This document shows positions 50,955 to 64,000 of a DNA stretch of 64,000 nucleotides, piece by piece; within the stretch, counting starts at the first letter, position 1, and each line of letters opens with the position of its first letter. The stretch is from Octopus vulgaris. Lineage: Eukaryota. The notes beneath the pieces were generated by a model. It was not told the DNA's origin. It saw only the letters and a list, made by a program, of their open reading frames with translations, and did no database searches. The position numbers and the translations under genes are program-made. The DNA lies in the NCBI GenBank assembly GCA_951406725.2, contig OX597827.1, forward strand, positions 12,028,001 through 12,092,000. The letters are read 5' to 3'.

Positions 50955-51272
50955 TCATCATCATCATCATCATCATCATTTAGCGTCCGCTTTCCATGCT
51001 AGCATGGGTTGGACGGTTCAACTGGGGTCTGGGCAGCCAGAAGGCTGCACCAGGCCCAGTCTGATCTGGCAATGTTTCTACGGCTGGATGCCCTTCCTAA
51101 CGCCAACCACTCCGTGAGTGTAGTGGGTGCTTTTTATGTGCCACCGGCACAGGTGCCAGACGGGGCTGGCAAACGGCCTTGGACGGATGGTGCTTTTTAC
51201 GTGCCACCAGCACGGGGGCCAGGCGAGGCTGGCAACGGACACGATCGGATGGTGCTTTTTACGTGCCACCGG
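50955..51272 (-). mobile_element. RTE-related SINE family C
   Basis: Homologous to 1095-1390, with internal GGTGCTTTTTACGTGCCACC repeats. Confidence 0.8.
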
Positions 51273-51676
51273 CTATTATTATTATTATTATTATTATCAT
51301 TATTAATGCAGTGTGCTGGCAGAATCGTTAGTATGCTGGGCAAGATGCTTAGCAACATTTTGTCTGTCCTTACGACCTTAGTTCAAATTCTACTGAGGTC
51401 GACATTGCCTTTCATCCTTTTGGGGATCAATGAAATAACTACCAGTTAAGCACTGGGAGTGATATGATTGACAAGACCCCTCCCACTAAATTTCAGTCCT
51501 TTTGCCTTTAGTAGAAAGAATGATTATTATTATAGTTGTTGTTGTTGTTGTTGTTGTTGTTTTAAGTGAGATTTTGCTCAAAATATGAACGAAACAAGGA
51601 AGGTGCATTGTTGATTAAAACGACCCCAGTACTTGGCTGTTAAGTTTATTGAATCTAGAGGGGAAAAAATTGTCGA

Positions 51677-51899
51677 CTCTTACTCTCTTTTACTCTTTTA
51701 CTTGTTTCAGTCATTTGATTGCGGCTATGCTGGAGCACAGCCTTTAGTCGAGCAAATCAACCCCGGGACCTATTCTTTTGTAAGCCCAGTACTTATTCTA
51801 TCAGTCTCTTTTTGCTGAACCGCTAAGTTACGGGGACGTAAACACACCAGCATCGGTTGTCAAGCAATGCTAGGGGGACAATCACAGACACACAAACAT

Positions 51900-51934
<35 letters not shown>

Positions 51935-52106
51935 CATATATACGACAGGCTTCTTTCAGTTTCCGTCTACCAAATCCACTCACAAGGCATTGGTCGGCCC
52001 GGGGCTATAGCAGAAGACACTTGCCCAAGATGCCACGCAGTGGGACTGAGCCCAGAACCATGTGGTTGGTTAGCAAGCTACTTACCACACAGCCACTCCT
52101 GCGCCT
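51677..52106 (-). mobile_element. SINE family A
   Basis: Full-length match. Confidence 0.92.
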
Positions 52107-52768
52107 CTGGTAATATTTGAGCAAAACAAACAAAAAGACATGCCACTAAATTCTGTGAGGCATTTTGTCCAGTATTGTTCGTGCCAACCATCATCTTCAA
52201 AATTAGTCACAATTCAAAATATTTTAGGAATCTAACAGTATTTAAATTCAAATATTGTTCAGATTAAGTCAGTGCTTAGATGAGAAGTCTAACCGAAGAA
52301 CATTCAGTAGTCATAACAACTGTGAACAGAATGAAAGATATAGAATCACGTAGGATTACATTTTCTTCTTGTTGCCCAGTAGGGTTGTTGGTTTTGTTCA
52401 ATTTTCATATATATTCCTCTCCAAATTTGAAATGGCTGCTCCAGAATTCGATGAGTAGCAAATAATTTAGAACATTTGAATGGAAAAATAAATGTGATTA
52501 ACCAGTCTTCATTCTTTTAGTTCTTAATGAATTAACCTCTTAATCACAATTCATTTTAAATCCTGTCTTATAACACGATAGATTTGATGAACTAATCACA
52601 TCATCTGCAATAAATAGCACAATTTCTAATTGTTCTGGACAAATTACTTGCATGACCTGCAAAAGTGTCAAGTCAAAGGATCATGGGACCTTAAATGAAT
52701 TCTGACAGTAAACCCCCTCCTCGCTACTTTAAAAAATAAAACAATTAATAAACAAGATTTTGTTAAAA

Positions 52769-52810
<42 letters not shown>

Positions 52811-52925
52811 CAAATATATATTTTAAAAAATGCAGAAGTGAACGATTTTCTTTAATTCATATTGAAGAAAAAAAAACTCTCATTAAATTAAGCCTCAGTC
52901 AAAACCAATTTTTGCTGGTGTTATC

Positions 52926-53176
52926 TTAATCCTTAGAGAATTTAGCATTCCATTTTGTATAGCCTGATGCACAAAAATCATTAAACTCTGTGGACTTGTG
53001 ATTAAGGAAGGAGGAGGCTTTATTGGTAAAGCATTGAACCATGTAAGACATGCTTGGCTTCATATAATCACATTGAGAACTCCAAGCTGATGGTGACTCA
53101 TTTGCAACAATACTCCCAATTAGCAAAATAATGGTAAAAGTTAACAAATTCTATTCAATCTATATAATTTTGCCAT
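52926..53176 (-). pseudogene. Candidate frameshifted small secreted Cys-containing protein exon
   Basis: Polypyrimidine-AAG|ATG at 53176; MAKLYRLNR is one indel away from LLTFTIILLIGSIVA-NESPSAWSSQCDYMK...QCF...DFCASG..KD*. No homology recognised. Confidence 0.25.
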
Positions 53177-53748
53177 CTTTGGAAAAAAAAAGAAGACAAA
53201 AAATAAAAACCAGAAATTCTGCTTTTTCAATTACTTTTCAGAGAATAACGATTTCTGGTCGAAAAATTAAAATTCCTGATTATTTCCATTTTGGAATATA
53301 ACTTTTTTCACAAATACCATTATAAGCGATGCAAGAAGAGTTTTCTTTCTGGAAAAAATGTCTTGTATTTTAGCAGTTTTTAATCAAGCATTGCATTCAT
53401 AAGGAAGATGTATGATGGACATGAGAATAAAACCAAGAAGATCATCTTGATGGTTTTCAAGAAAATATGTACACCAGTATACTAACATCTTTATTAATCT
53501 TAGTGTAACGTCAAAAGAATATAAATATAAAATATCAACATTATCAAAAAATATCTGGAATATTATCTTATTATTTTTTAATGCTGTTTCAGATCAAAGG
53601 AAACTTTAGCTAATGGTACAAATGACACATTTCGGGTGCATTCGAAATGACAGAAAAAGAGAAAAAACAATCATATCAACTTCATTGAACACAGGATAAA
53701 GTAGAAAGTGTTTGACAAGACTGTACCGCATATATACACATACACACT

Positions 53749-53791
<43 letters not shown>

Positions 53792-54083
53792 CTATATATA
53801 TATATATATATATACATATACACACACATGAATACATGCAAACATAAGCAGTCAAACATACACATACATGTATGTATTGCGTTGTGTGTACATGTGTATG
53901 TCTGTGTGTGTGTTTGTATGTTTGTGTGTGCATATCAGTGTGTGTGTGTGTGTGTGTGTAATAGAAGCTGGGTATGATAATTGCACAAAAATATAACAAT
54001 ACAAAACAATTTGAAGTCTTCAAGTTCAAATGTCTCTTATACACACACACACATATACATACATACATACATATATATATGTA

Positions 54084-54143
<60 letters not shown>

Positions 54144-54391
54144 TATATATATTTCTCAAATTGCATTGACATAAACATCTGTAGGAAAAGATTTGCAGTG
54201 AAGTCAAGATGCTATGCAATGATAGTGCATGTTTGAGCTACTTCGATACATGAAATTACATCCGAACATCTTAAGACATATTTTTTTCTTATCTTATTTT
54301 CTTTGATTCCTCCTGCATTAAACCTCAAAGTTACTTCATACATGTACTACATTATGCATCATGTGTACATGTACATGTATTTATGTGTGTT

Positions 54392-54450
<59 letters not shown>

Positions 54451-54774
54451 GTATATGTATACATATATATATACATATATATATATGTATATATGTGTGT
54501 AAAATATATATATATATATGTGTGTGTGTGTATATATGCAGAGACACATTAGAGTATAGAGATGCTGAGAGAACTAAATCAATCAATTGGTGCTGGTGGG
54601 GTAGATAAAGAAAGTGAGTTCAGTTGCAATCTCTACAGCTAGAATTCTATTTGATTTAACTCATCTAGTGATTGATAGCACATGTGAGCTGAAGTGCTTT
54701 ATAAACATCTGCTGGTGACTCAAACTTGACATCTCTAAGTAGGATTTGGTACCCATGATGTTATCTGATAGAAA

Positions 54775-55620
<846 letters not shown>

Positions 55621-56784
55621 TAAGCTAATTTATGCTTGATCAGGAACGACATCAATAAATGTGTATATATTTTTTGAGATGGATTGGTTTTAGATAACAT
55701 TGTTCCTTCCAGATTTATTAACTTTCTAAATTAATAAAGAACTGGATAATAATTATACACGCACACACACACACGCACACACACACACACACACACACAT
55801 GTATATAACCTTTTTTTATTTAGTCAAGGAGAATATTTAGATTATTGAGATAACGGGAGGAATATATATATTTTCTGACAGCAACCCTGTCCAAAAATCT
55901 TACAATGGATAACAACAGCAACAACAATAATAATAATAAGTTACTTTACAGTCCCAAATGATGAAAAAGTTGATATGAGAGGTATAGAGAAATCACAAAG
56001 CATCAGGACCAAATGGTTGAGTTACAGAGGCTATGAAAAGTCTGTGTGAAGTGTATTCTTGTAGTTATAAGTGCACTGGAAACTATCCCTAAAGATTTGG
56101 ATACTTTTCAGGGAAAATTTTAAAATTTGGTGTATTGATGTAATTTTCCACGCTGAATCTCAGAAACTAATTCACTTTTTCAGAAAATTTATTCAAAAAT
56201 GTTACAGAGGTTTAAAGTTTGATCATTCTCACCCAGTCAGAAAACAGGATTTAGAAGCTGTCATTTTGTGCATGACTGTCACCAGTAAACAAATGAAATA
56301 TTGGAGTAATTCTGCTTTATATATGCCTTATAACACCTCATAACTTTATTTTTTTGGTGGGGGGGATTTCAGAAAACTTTTGTGAATTCGTATTCTACAC
56401 ACAAGAATTCATATGATTAGGCAAAAACCAAAAACAAAAAGTTTAGTGCTTGATTTAAGGCTTATTTAGCTATTATTTTAGCACGTCTCATGACCACCTA
56501 ATACATCATGTGTTTTAAGCATTTAATAAGTGGTAAATGAAAACGCGGATAAGCAGCTTGGTTACAGCTTGGCTTGGAAACAGCCACCTATTTGCCTGTG
56601 GCTTTTGACTGACTTAGATTACCCAAAAATTACAAATTTTAAGAGCTGTTAACTCCTTATTTATTGATTTATGGCGAAAATGAATTTCATGTCAATAATT
56701 ACCATACAGAACTATATCAATGCACCAAATATGAAACCAGCTGAAACAAAAATTGAAGAAATTGAAAAGTTGCAGTCAAACAGA

Positions 56785-57511
56785 AATTCACTTGTTTGTG
56801 AAGTAAAATATTCCTCCAGTACTATTCTGACTTCGTCTACAGAATTCATATTTTCCCGTCCAAATGATTTTGAAGACTGTGGAATAAATGATAATCAGTT
56901 GGGGCAATGTCCAGCAAAAATGGTAGATGGGGCATCGTTTCTCATTCAAACTGCTCCAGCCTTTGGAATATAATCCTTGCTGTATGTGGCTAAGCATTAT
57001 CCTAACGGAAGAATGCCTTTCATTTTGAAACCAAAGAAAGTCGTTTTTCTTCTAGCACTGACTTGAATAACCAAATCCAAGCTTCTCTGCTGGTTCCTCA
57101 ACAGTTACAAAAGGATTTTGTTCCATCAGGGTTTGCAGGATGTCCCTGTTGAGCTCTTCAGATCTTGTAGGACAAAGCTTATCTTTTGGGCTGTAGGTTC
57201 TGGCTTGGAATTTCTGGAAACACCGCAGACACTGGCTTACACTTATTGTCCAATCCCTATATACTGCATTAATATTCCTCACAGTTTCTGTATTGTTGTT
57301 GCCTTTATTGAACTCATAAAGTGAAATATGCTCGTTTGTCACTTCCATTATAACTTTGAAAAATAATTGTTAAGATCGAACTGTGCTCTTCAAGACTTGC
57401 ACTAAGAATAAATACACGGTAAAATTACTACCTGCTTTTATATGCAGGTAGTTTATTCTCTGACTTTTATTTCATGGAACTGAAAAAACTGCATTATTTA
57501 TGGGATGATCC
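56785..57511 (-). mobile_element. Internally deleted mariner (Tc1/mariner) remnant
   Basis: N-terminal HTH MEVTNEHI.LYEFNKGNN.TETVRNINAVY...EQNPFVTVEE joined to C-terminal DNA*PHTAR...LDIAPTDYHLFHSLQNHLDGK; TIR-like GGATCATCCCATAAATAATGCAG next to TA. Confidence 0.88.
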
Positions 57512-57521
57512 TATATATATT

Positions 57522-57553
<32 letters not shown>

Positions 57554-57554
57554 G

Positions 57555-57870
57555 GAGCACTCCGTCGGTTATGATGATGAGGGTCCCAGCTGATGCGATC
57601 AACGGAACAGCTTGCTCGTGAAATTAACGTGCAAGTGGCTGCGCAAACCACAGACACACGTATCCCTAATGTAGTTCGCAAGGAGATTCATCGTGACACA
57701 GAGTGTGACAAGGCTGGCCCTTTTGAAATACAAGTGCTACTCATTTTTGCCAGCTGAGTGGACTTGAGCAATGTGAAATAAAGTGTCTTGCTCAAGGACA
57801 CAACACATCACCGGGAATCGAACTCACAATCTTACGATCATGAGCCAAATGCCCTAACCACTAAGCCATT
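57555..57870 (-). mobile_element. tRNA-derived CORE-type SINE (OR-type)
   Basis: Head TGGCTTAGTGGTTAGGGC, GAGTTCGATTCCC, CORE-like GTGTCCTTGAGCAAGACACTT; 3' half shared with 13167-13360. Confidence 0.85.
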
Positions 57871-57899
57871 CTCTCTCTCTCTAAATATATATATATATA

Positions 57900-57984
57900 T
57901 AGAGAGAGAGAGACAGACAGACAGAGGGATAGACAGACAGACAGACAGACAGACAGATAGATAGGTAGGTACGTAGGTAAACAA

Positions 57985-58062
<78 letters not shown>

Positions 58063-58105
58063 GGATGGATGGATGGATGGATAGATAGATAGATAGATAG
58101 ATAGA
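57900..58105. repeat. (ACAG)n/(ATAG)n microsatellite
   Basis: Direct reading. Confidence 0.95.
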
Positions 58106-58717
58106 AAATTAAACAAAGCATAAGAAATTATTTATATGATATTTAATGACATAATTGTTTGTATGTTTAATAAACACAAGATGACTGTAATTAGCATAAT
58201 TAAGATTGCATAATCAAGACTTGCCATCAAATCATTAGAGACATGTAACTTTTATACACAAGCAAATTGCAGAAATGTCCACAGAGATGGTAAGCCACAA
58301 ACTACTCTCTGTTATCATTTCTACAATCCAATTAATGTTATGTATAAATGCCATGATTTGGCAGTAAGTCTTGATTACATTCTCCACATTATGTAACTAA
58401 TTATCATTTCATGTTAATGAAACCTGTATGATGGTGTAACTAAGTAACTTATTAACATTCTTGTGTGTTTCGTTTTCTTTGTGCATTCTGAAAAGCAACA
58501 ACCAAATTCCGGATTCATCACCAATGATGCAAAAATACAAATGGAATTCTAAATACTAGCTTATTGCTTGCACTGTCTAGAGTAAAATTTGCACAAAATG
58601 CACACAGACACACACACACACACACACACAGACACACACACACACACACACACACATGCATGTATATAGTTTGCAGTAGGCATTCTAGGTCCAATTAGTC
58701 ACAAATGACCAGTGTAG

Positions 58718-59030
58718 TTTATTTTTTTTATTTTTATTTATTTTTATTTTCATCTAGTTTCAGCTCACAAGCTGTGGCCATGCTGGGGCACCGCCATTTG
58801 GTGTTGCTACATGATTTTACTTCACAAATGCTTTTTAGCAACTGCATGAGAAAGTTCGATGCAGCTGCCCTCATCTGCACCTCCTGCCGTGAAGTTGGTT
58901 CATCTGGGACACCTGACAAGAAGAGATCCAGTTTTATTTTAAAGACATTTGCATCCACCCCATGCAGGTCTCTTAGGTTCTTCGGGAGGATATTGAAGAG
59001 CTGTGGGCCTCGGAAGCCCAGGCTATCAGA
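58718..59030 (-). mobile_element. 5'-truncated CR1-group LINE, second family
   Basis: SLGFRGPQLFNILPKNLRDLHGVDANVFKIKLDLFLSGVPDEP...RAAASN (ORF2 C-terminus), tail (AAAATA)n. Confidence 0.8.
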
Positions 59031-59814
59031 TTTATGAAAAAACTTTTTGTTATACAATTTAGTTCCTCATGTTTGTTACTAGATTACATATGAGTTGCAT
59101 CCCAGAACTGGTCGATGTGTTTTGTGTCTGTGTATGCATTGGTCATTCAGTTGTGTCTGTTTATGTTCTGCAACTGCTACTGTGTTGTGTCATTCATGCT
59201 GAATATGTGGTTCAATGTTGGCTGCTTGACTGGTGCAAGCTGACTTCAGTCTCTCAACCATTTGCCTGTTGCTGGCTGTCTACCCTCCTGTCATGTGTCT
59301 GACTGTATTTATAATGGACATCTGAGCTAGAAGAATTGACACACCTTAGGAGTAATTACTACCTATGTAGGTCACCTGCTGCCCACTTGAACCTTCAGTG
59401 ACACGGCTCAGGTTGGAGGTTGAATGGAAATCCATCCATCACTTTTTGACGGGACAAAGAAATTTCTTTTGCACCTGCTCGGCCAGTGGTGGATCAGGCT
59501 AGCAAGAATCCTTAGATTCAGAAATGCTAGTTTTTACATATGTATGGTGTGGGTTGCTGTCAATATATAAACATAATAGAGCATAGTATATTGTTTTGTC
59601 CAGGGGCCTGTTAAAATGCTAGGATGGCTCTACACAAAGCACAAGCTTTTCAGGAACATGTCATATACACACTGGCACAGGAAAATTCATTTCTGTAGAA
59701 AAAAAATTGTTTGGGGAAAATTTTTTAAACATTACTTTTAGCCATGTATTTTCATTACAAGTGTTGACAGTAGAGCTGCACGCTATTTACCCAAATATAT
59801 ATATAATATAATAA

Positions 59815-60358
59815 TAATAATTGTGAACAGTGCTCAGGTGCACTACAACTCATCTAAAGTGTATATATAATCAGGTGTAGTTTCGGCGGATTTCGGAAAG
59901 CATGAGGGCCTTAAAGGATGCAGTGTCATGGCAGTTAACAATTGACGCAGGCAGTTTATTCCATGCTTCAGCAACCCTGAGCGTGAAAAAATGTTTCCGA
60001 AAGTCATGGGAGCTGTGTTGTTTTCTGACTTTGAAGGCATGTCCACGTGTGTTAGGTACATGAAGATCAAAAAGGTGTTCAGTGTTGTTGTTGGTGAGGT
60101 GGTTGATAACTTTGTGGGTGTTTACCAAGTCCATCGCCAGATGCCAGAGCTTCTGTGAATCCATGCCCAGGGAAGCAAGGCGCTCAGAGTATGGTAGGTG
60201 TCTGATGGAGGGTATGCGTTTGGTTGCACGTCTCTGGACAGATTCCAGGAGGTCATTGTTCTGAGCAAGATAGGGGTTCCAAACTGATGATGCAAATTCC
60301 AAGTGTGGTCGTACCATAGCTGTATACAGTTTTAAATAGATGGCTGGAGAGCGGCTAA
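59815..60358 (-). mobile_element. 5'-truncated CR1-clade LINE
   Basis: LYTAMVRPHLEFASSVWNPY...LESVQRRATKRI...YSERL...TRGH..K...RKHFFTLRVAEAWNKLP. Confidence 0.92.
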
Positions 60359-60811
60359 CAAAACAAACAAACAAACAAAACAAATCTCACAAATCTCACA
60401 AAACAATAATCATACGTATGAGTACATGTGTGTGTGTGTGTGTGTGTGTTTGTCTCTCTGTCTGTCTGTGTCTGTGTGTGCAGTCATTTGTGCATGAGTG
60501 TGTGCTTGCATGTATGTGATAGGGAGTGTTACATATATGAGGCACACTACAAAAAAAAAAAAAGAAAAAAAAGAAAGAAAACATTTTCTACATGCAGCTG
60601 AGTACCTTACTGACCTTACTGACCTCAGAAGATCAAAAGTGAGACAAATCTTTTTTTTAGCTAAAAAGCAATCTACAGTTAATTGATCAAAAGACTTGTA
60701 ATGCTTTTCATTAGGACTAACTAATGTATTCAAACACACCGTTGAGAGCCAGACAGTATTTGGCCTTTTAACCCAGGGTTAAACAAGGACTCCACTTGAA
60801 AAGCTATTCTA

Positions 60812-61040
60812 ATACATACATGCATACATATATACATACATACATACATACATACGTATATACATACATACATACATACATACATACATGCATGCATACA
60901 TGCATACATACATACATACATACATACATACACACATACACACATACATACATACATACATACATACATACATACATACATACATACATACATACATACA
61001 TACACACATGCACACACACACATACATACATACATACACA
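60812..61040. repeat. (ATAC)n microsatellite
   Basis: Direct reading. Confidence 0.95.
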
Positions 61041-61239
61041 AATATGTATACACAGATACACAAACATGTATATATATCTATATTTTGAAGTAATTTCCAA
61101 CTAAGGTCCTCTTTTGCCTGTGATAAAAGGTAATAGACTCTTTGGCTCAGAACTGCTTGTTTAAACAGAGTTATTCCAAAGGGAAAAAAATTTACAAGTG
61201 TTTTGTTTACCATCAATTAGTTTGTAACTAGAAAACACC

Positions 61240-61297
<58 letters not shown>

Positions 61298-61315
61298 CGT
61301 ATATATATATATGTG

Positions 61316-61346
<31 letters not shown>

Positions 61347-61551
61347 GTTTGCCATGATAGATTGTTAGCCGCTACACATTCTTTATATTCTCTCCTTATT
61401 TCCTCTCCTTCTTTCTTTCTGTGTTCCTTTCTGTGGAAGAGCATAGGCTCGAAATGTTAAAGACTTTTACATTTCTCGAATGTTAAACTAATACATCTGT
61501 TTGTTGTCTACACCACCTGTCTTTGTCTTTTGTTTTTTTGTGAACTCTCCT
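61347..61551 (+). mobile_element. Penelope-like terminal fragment in (TA)n
   Basis: CTGTGGAAGAGCATAGGCTCGAAATGT; homologous to 2309-2605; (TA)n on both sides. Confidence 0.55.
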
Positions 61552-61552
61552 T

Positions 61553-61583
<31 letters not shown>

Positions 61584-61829
61584 AAAGAAATCATTGAGAT
61601 GAGGTTCAGTTGAATATATATATTCTTTTATTCTTTTTTTCTTTTTACCCATTTGACTATCTATTGGTTACTTCAGATGTACATTTAGTGTTGTATTTGT
61701 ATGCTGCTTTATGGAACTTGCTTTTCTGGAATTTTATACATTTCTGTTGTTGAATGTATATACTGTATTATCAGTTCAGGAGATTGTATGTAGTTTCCAT
61801 TGAATGTATATATGCTGCTACTGTATGAA

Positions 61830-62625
61830 GGAATTTGGTTTAGTGGTTAGGGTATTCAGCTCACAAATCCAAAATTTGTGAGTTCAGTACCCAGTGGTGT
61901 ATTACATCATTGAACAAACACTTTACTTCACATTGCCCCAGTCTACTCAGCTGGCTAAAAGGAATAGTATCTGTATTTCAAAGGGACAGCCTTGTCACAT
62001 TCTGTGTCACACAGAATCTCTCTGAAAACTGCATCAACCCTTTTGTTACCATATTTCTGTTGAGATGCTCTGTGTTTCTTTCAATTAATTTTAAATATAA
62101 CAAAGAATTTAGTAAAATAACTTAGTCATCATTAAGCTAGTGTTAGGAACATAAATTGTGACTAAGGATTAGTGAAAGATTTTAATTCAAAACTTATGAA
62201 AACAAGACATTTATACTATAGAGCCAGAGCCGGTTTCAGCCGGGTTGGTAACGAAAGGGTTAAGAATTGTTTCTCTATTATATAATTTAACCCTTTTGTT
62301 ACCATATTTCTGTTGAGATGCTCTGTGTTTCTTTCAATTAATTTTAAATATAACAAAGAATTTAGTAAACTAACTTAGTTATCATTAAGCTAGTGTTAGG
62401 AACATAAATTGTGACTAAGGATTGGTGAAAGATTTTAATTCAAAACTTATGAAAACAAGACATTTATACTATAGAGCCAGAGCCGGTTTTGGCCAGGTTG
62501 GTAACGAAAGGGTTAAGATTACACACATTGGTGGAATTCTCATTCACGTATGCATTAATTTCTTGAGCAGGCTGTTCCAATAATTAGATCAACTGGAACA
62601 ACTGTCATCATAACCAACAGAGTAA
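61830..62625 (+). mobile_element. Old OR-type CORE SINE split by the dimeric MITE
   Basis: 61830-62033 and 62517-62625 join colinearly with the 57555-57870 family. Confidence 0.75.
62034..62516. mobile_element. Dimeric piggyBac-like MITE, second copy
   Basis: TCAA|CCCTTTTGTTACC...GGTAACGAAAGGG|TTAA, two units with the same spacer as 31868-32347. Confidence 0.9.
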
Positions 62626-62816
62626 CAGCTTCTTTATTTAAAGTCTATAGTGCTGTACCAAAGTTGGCAGTTGTGGTAATGCTGAATTCTGCCAATTGCA
62701 ATTCTGTTTCTTAGTGAAAGTAATTCTATCATTTTCCCACTTTTTCCAATTTTTCAAAATGGTTTTGCTACATTCATCGATATTACTAGTGTTTTATATT
62801 GTATGATCATACATAT

Positions 62817-62989
62817 GAGGAGTGGCTGTGTGGTAAGTAGCTTGCTTACGAACCACATGGTTCCGAGTTCAGTCCTACTGCGTGGCACCTTGGGCACCGA
62901 TCAAAGCCTTGTGAGTGGATTTGGTAGACGGAAACTGAAAGAAGCCTGTCATATATATGTGTAAATATATATATATATATATATATATA

Positions 62990-63023
<34 letters not shown>

Positions 63024-63245
63024 TATATGTTTGTGTGTCTGTAATTGTCCCTCCAACATCGCTTGACAACCGATGGTGGTGTGTTTACATCCTCGTAACT
63101 TAGCAGTTCAGCGAAAGAGACCGATAGAATAAGTGCTAGGCTTACAAAGAATAAGTCCTGGGTGGGTCGATTTGCTTGACTAAAGGTGGTGCTCCAGCAT
63201 GGCCACAGTAAAACAAGTAAAAGTAAAAGAGAGTAAAAGAGAAAG
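62817..63245 (+). mobile_element. SINE family A with small internal deletions
   Basis: Colinear match. Confidence 0.88.
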
Positions 63246-63599
63246 AGAATGAGGTCATTTGGGACCACATATTTAATTTTTCCTGAGTTTATCATTTATT
63301 TGGGGCTAGTGTCGTTACCTTTATTTCATAATGCTGATTGTACAAGAAGATAAGAATTAGGATGATGAAGATGACTGTGAGAGATCAATGAAATTTTGGT
63401 AATTAGTCTGTAAAATGCAACTTCTACTGTAATTTATTTCACATGTTTTTTTAAATAATCATTTTATATTTATTTTTTTCCATGAATATTCAATTATCTG
63501 ATTTTAGTTTGTATTTTTCACCCTGCAGCATATTACAATTTATATACCTTTATATATATATAAGGTGTACATATGTGTGTGTGTGTCTGTGTGTCTGTG

Positions 63600-63654
63600 T
63601 GAGAGAGAGAGAGCGGGAGGGGGGGAGCAGGAGGGAAAAAGAGAAAGAGGGAAA

Positions 63655-63688
<34 letters not shown>

Positions 63689-64000
63689 CAGGAGGGAAAG
63701 AGAGAGAGAGAGAGGGAGGGGGAGAGCAGGAGGGAAAAAGAGAAAGAGAGAGAAAGAGGGAGGGAAAAAGAGAAAGAGAGAGAGAGAGCAGGAGGGAGAG
63801 AGCAAGAGGGAAAAGAGAAAGAGAGAGAGAGGGAGGGAGAGAGCAGGAAGGAAAAAGAGAAAGAGGGAATGAGAGAAAGAGAGAGAGAGAGAGAGAGAGG
63901 GGGAGAGGGAGAAAGCAAGAGCGAAAAAGAGAAAGAGAGAGGGAGGGAGGGAGAGAGCAGGAGGGAAAATAGAAAGAGAGAGAGAGAGAGGGAGGGAGAG
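63600..64000. repeat. Compound polypurine (GA/GGA)n repeat
   Basis: Direct reading; recurring GAGCAGGAGGGAAAAAGAGAAAG block. Confidence 0.95.

Noticed and set aside
56070-56452. Possible CAC..GTG non-autonomous DNA transposon
   Set aside because: Termini match only loosely and no TSD was confirmed.
56671-56973. 100-aa ATG-initiated ORF
   Set aside because: Mostly the antisense of the mariner transposase C-terminus.

Overview
Eukaryotic, AT-rich, extremely repeat-dense DNA with no confidently identifiable intact host gene. The SINE families and microsatellite load look like an octopus (Octopus sp.) genome; this is an inference from remembered repeat consensus sequences, not a database result. 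Almost every ORF in the supplied track is a microsatellite, SINE or antisense artefact. What the sequence supports: about 17 copies of a tRNA-headed SINE ('family A'), about 14 of a Meta/MESC-domain SINE ('family B'), OR-type and RTE-related SINEs, and 3' fragments of CR1-, L1/Tx1- and Dong/R4-clade LINEs. It also holds a fossil Gypsy pol spread colinearly over the first 10 kb, two solo LTRs, two non-autonomous Helitrons (one a head-to-tail trimer), TTAA/piggyBac-like MITEs (one dimer present twice), Chapaev3-like and mariner remnants, Penelope-like fragments in (TA)n, and 38-, 84- and 142-bp tandem arrays. The most interesting signals are mechanistic: two SINE-LINE 3'-tail partnerships visible inside the window (one with a covarying hairpin), an apparent GGT(A) junction preference of family B, a 166-bp target duplication, the Helitron concatemer, and a possibly frameshifted secreted-peptide ORF near 53 kb. 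All coordinates were read by eye, and the boundaries of old elements are approximate.
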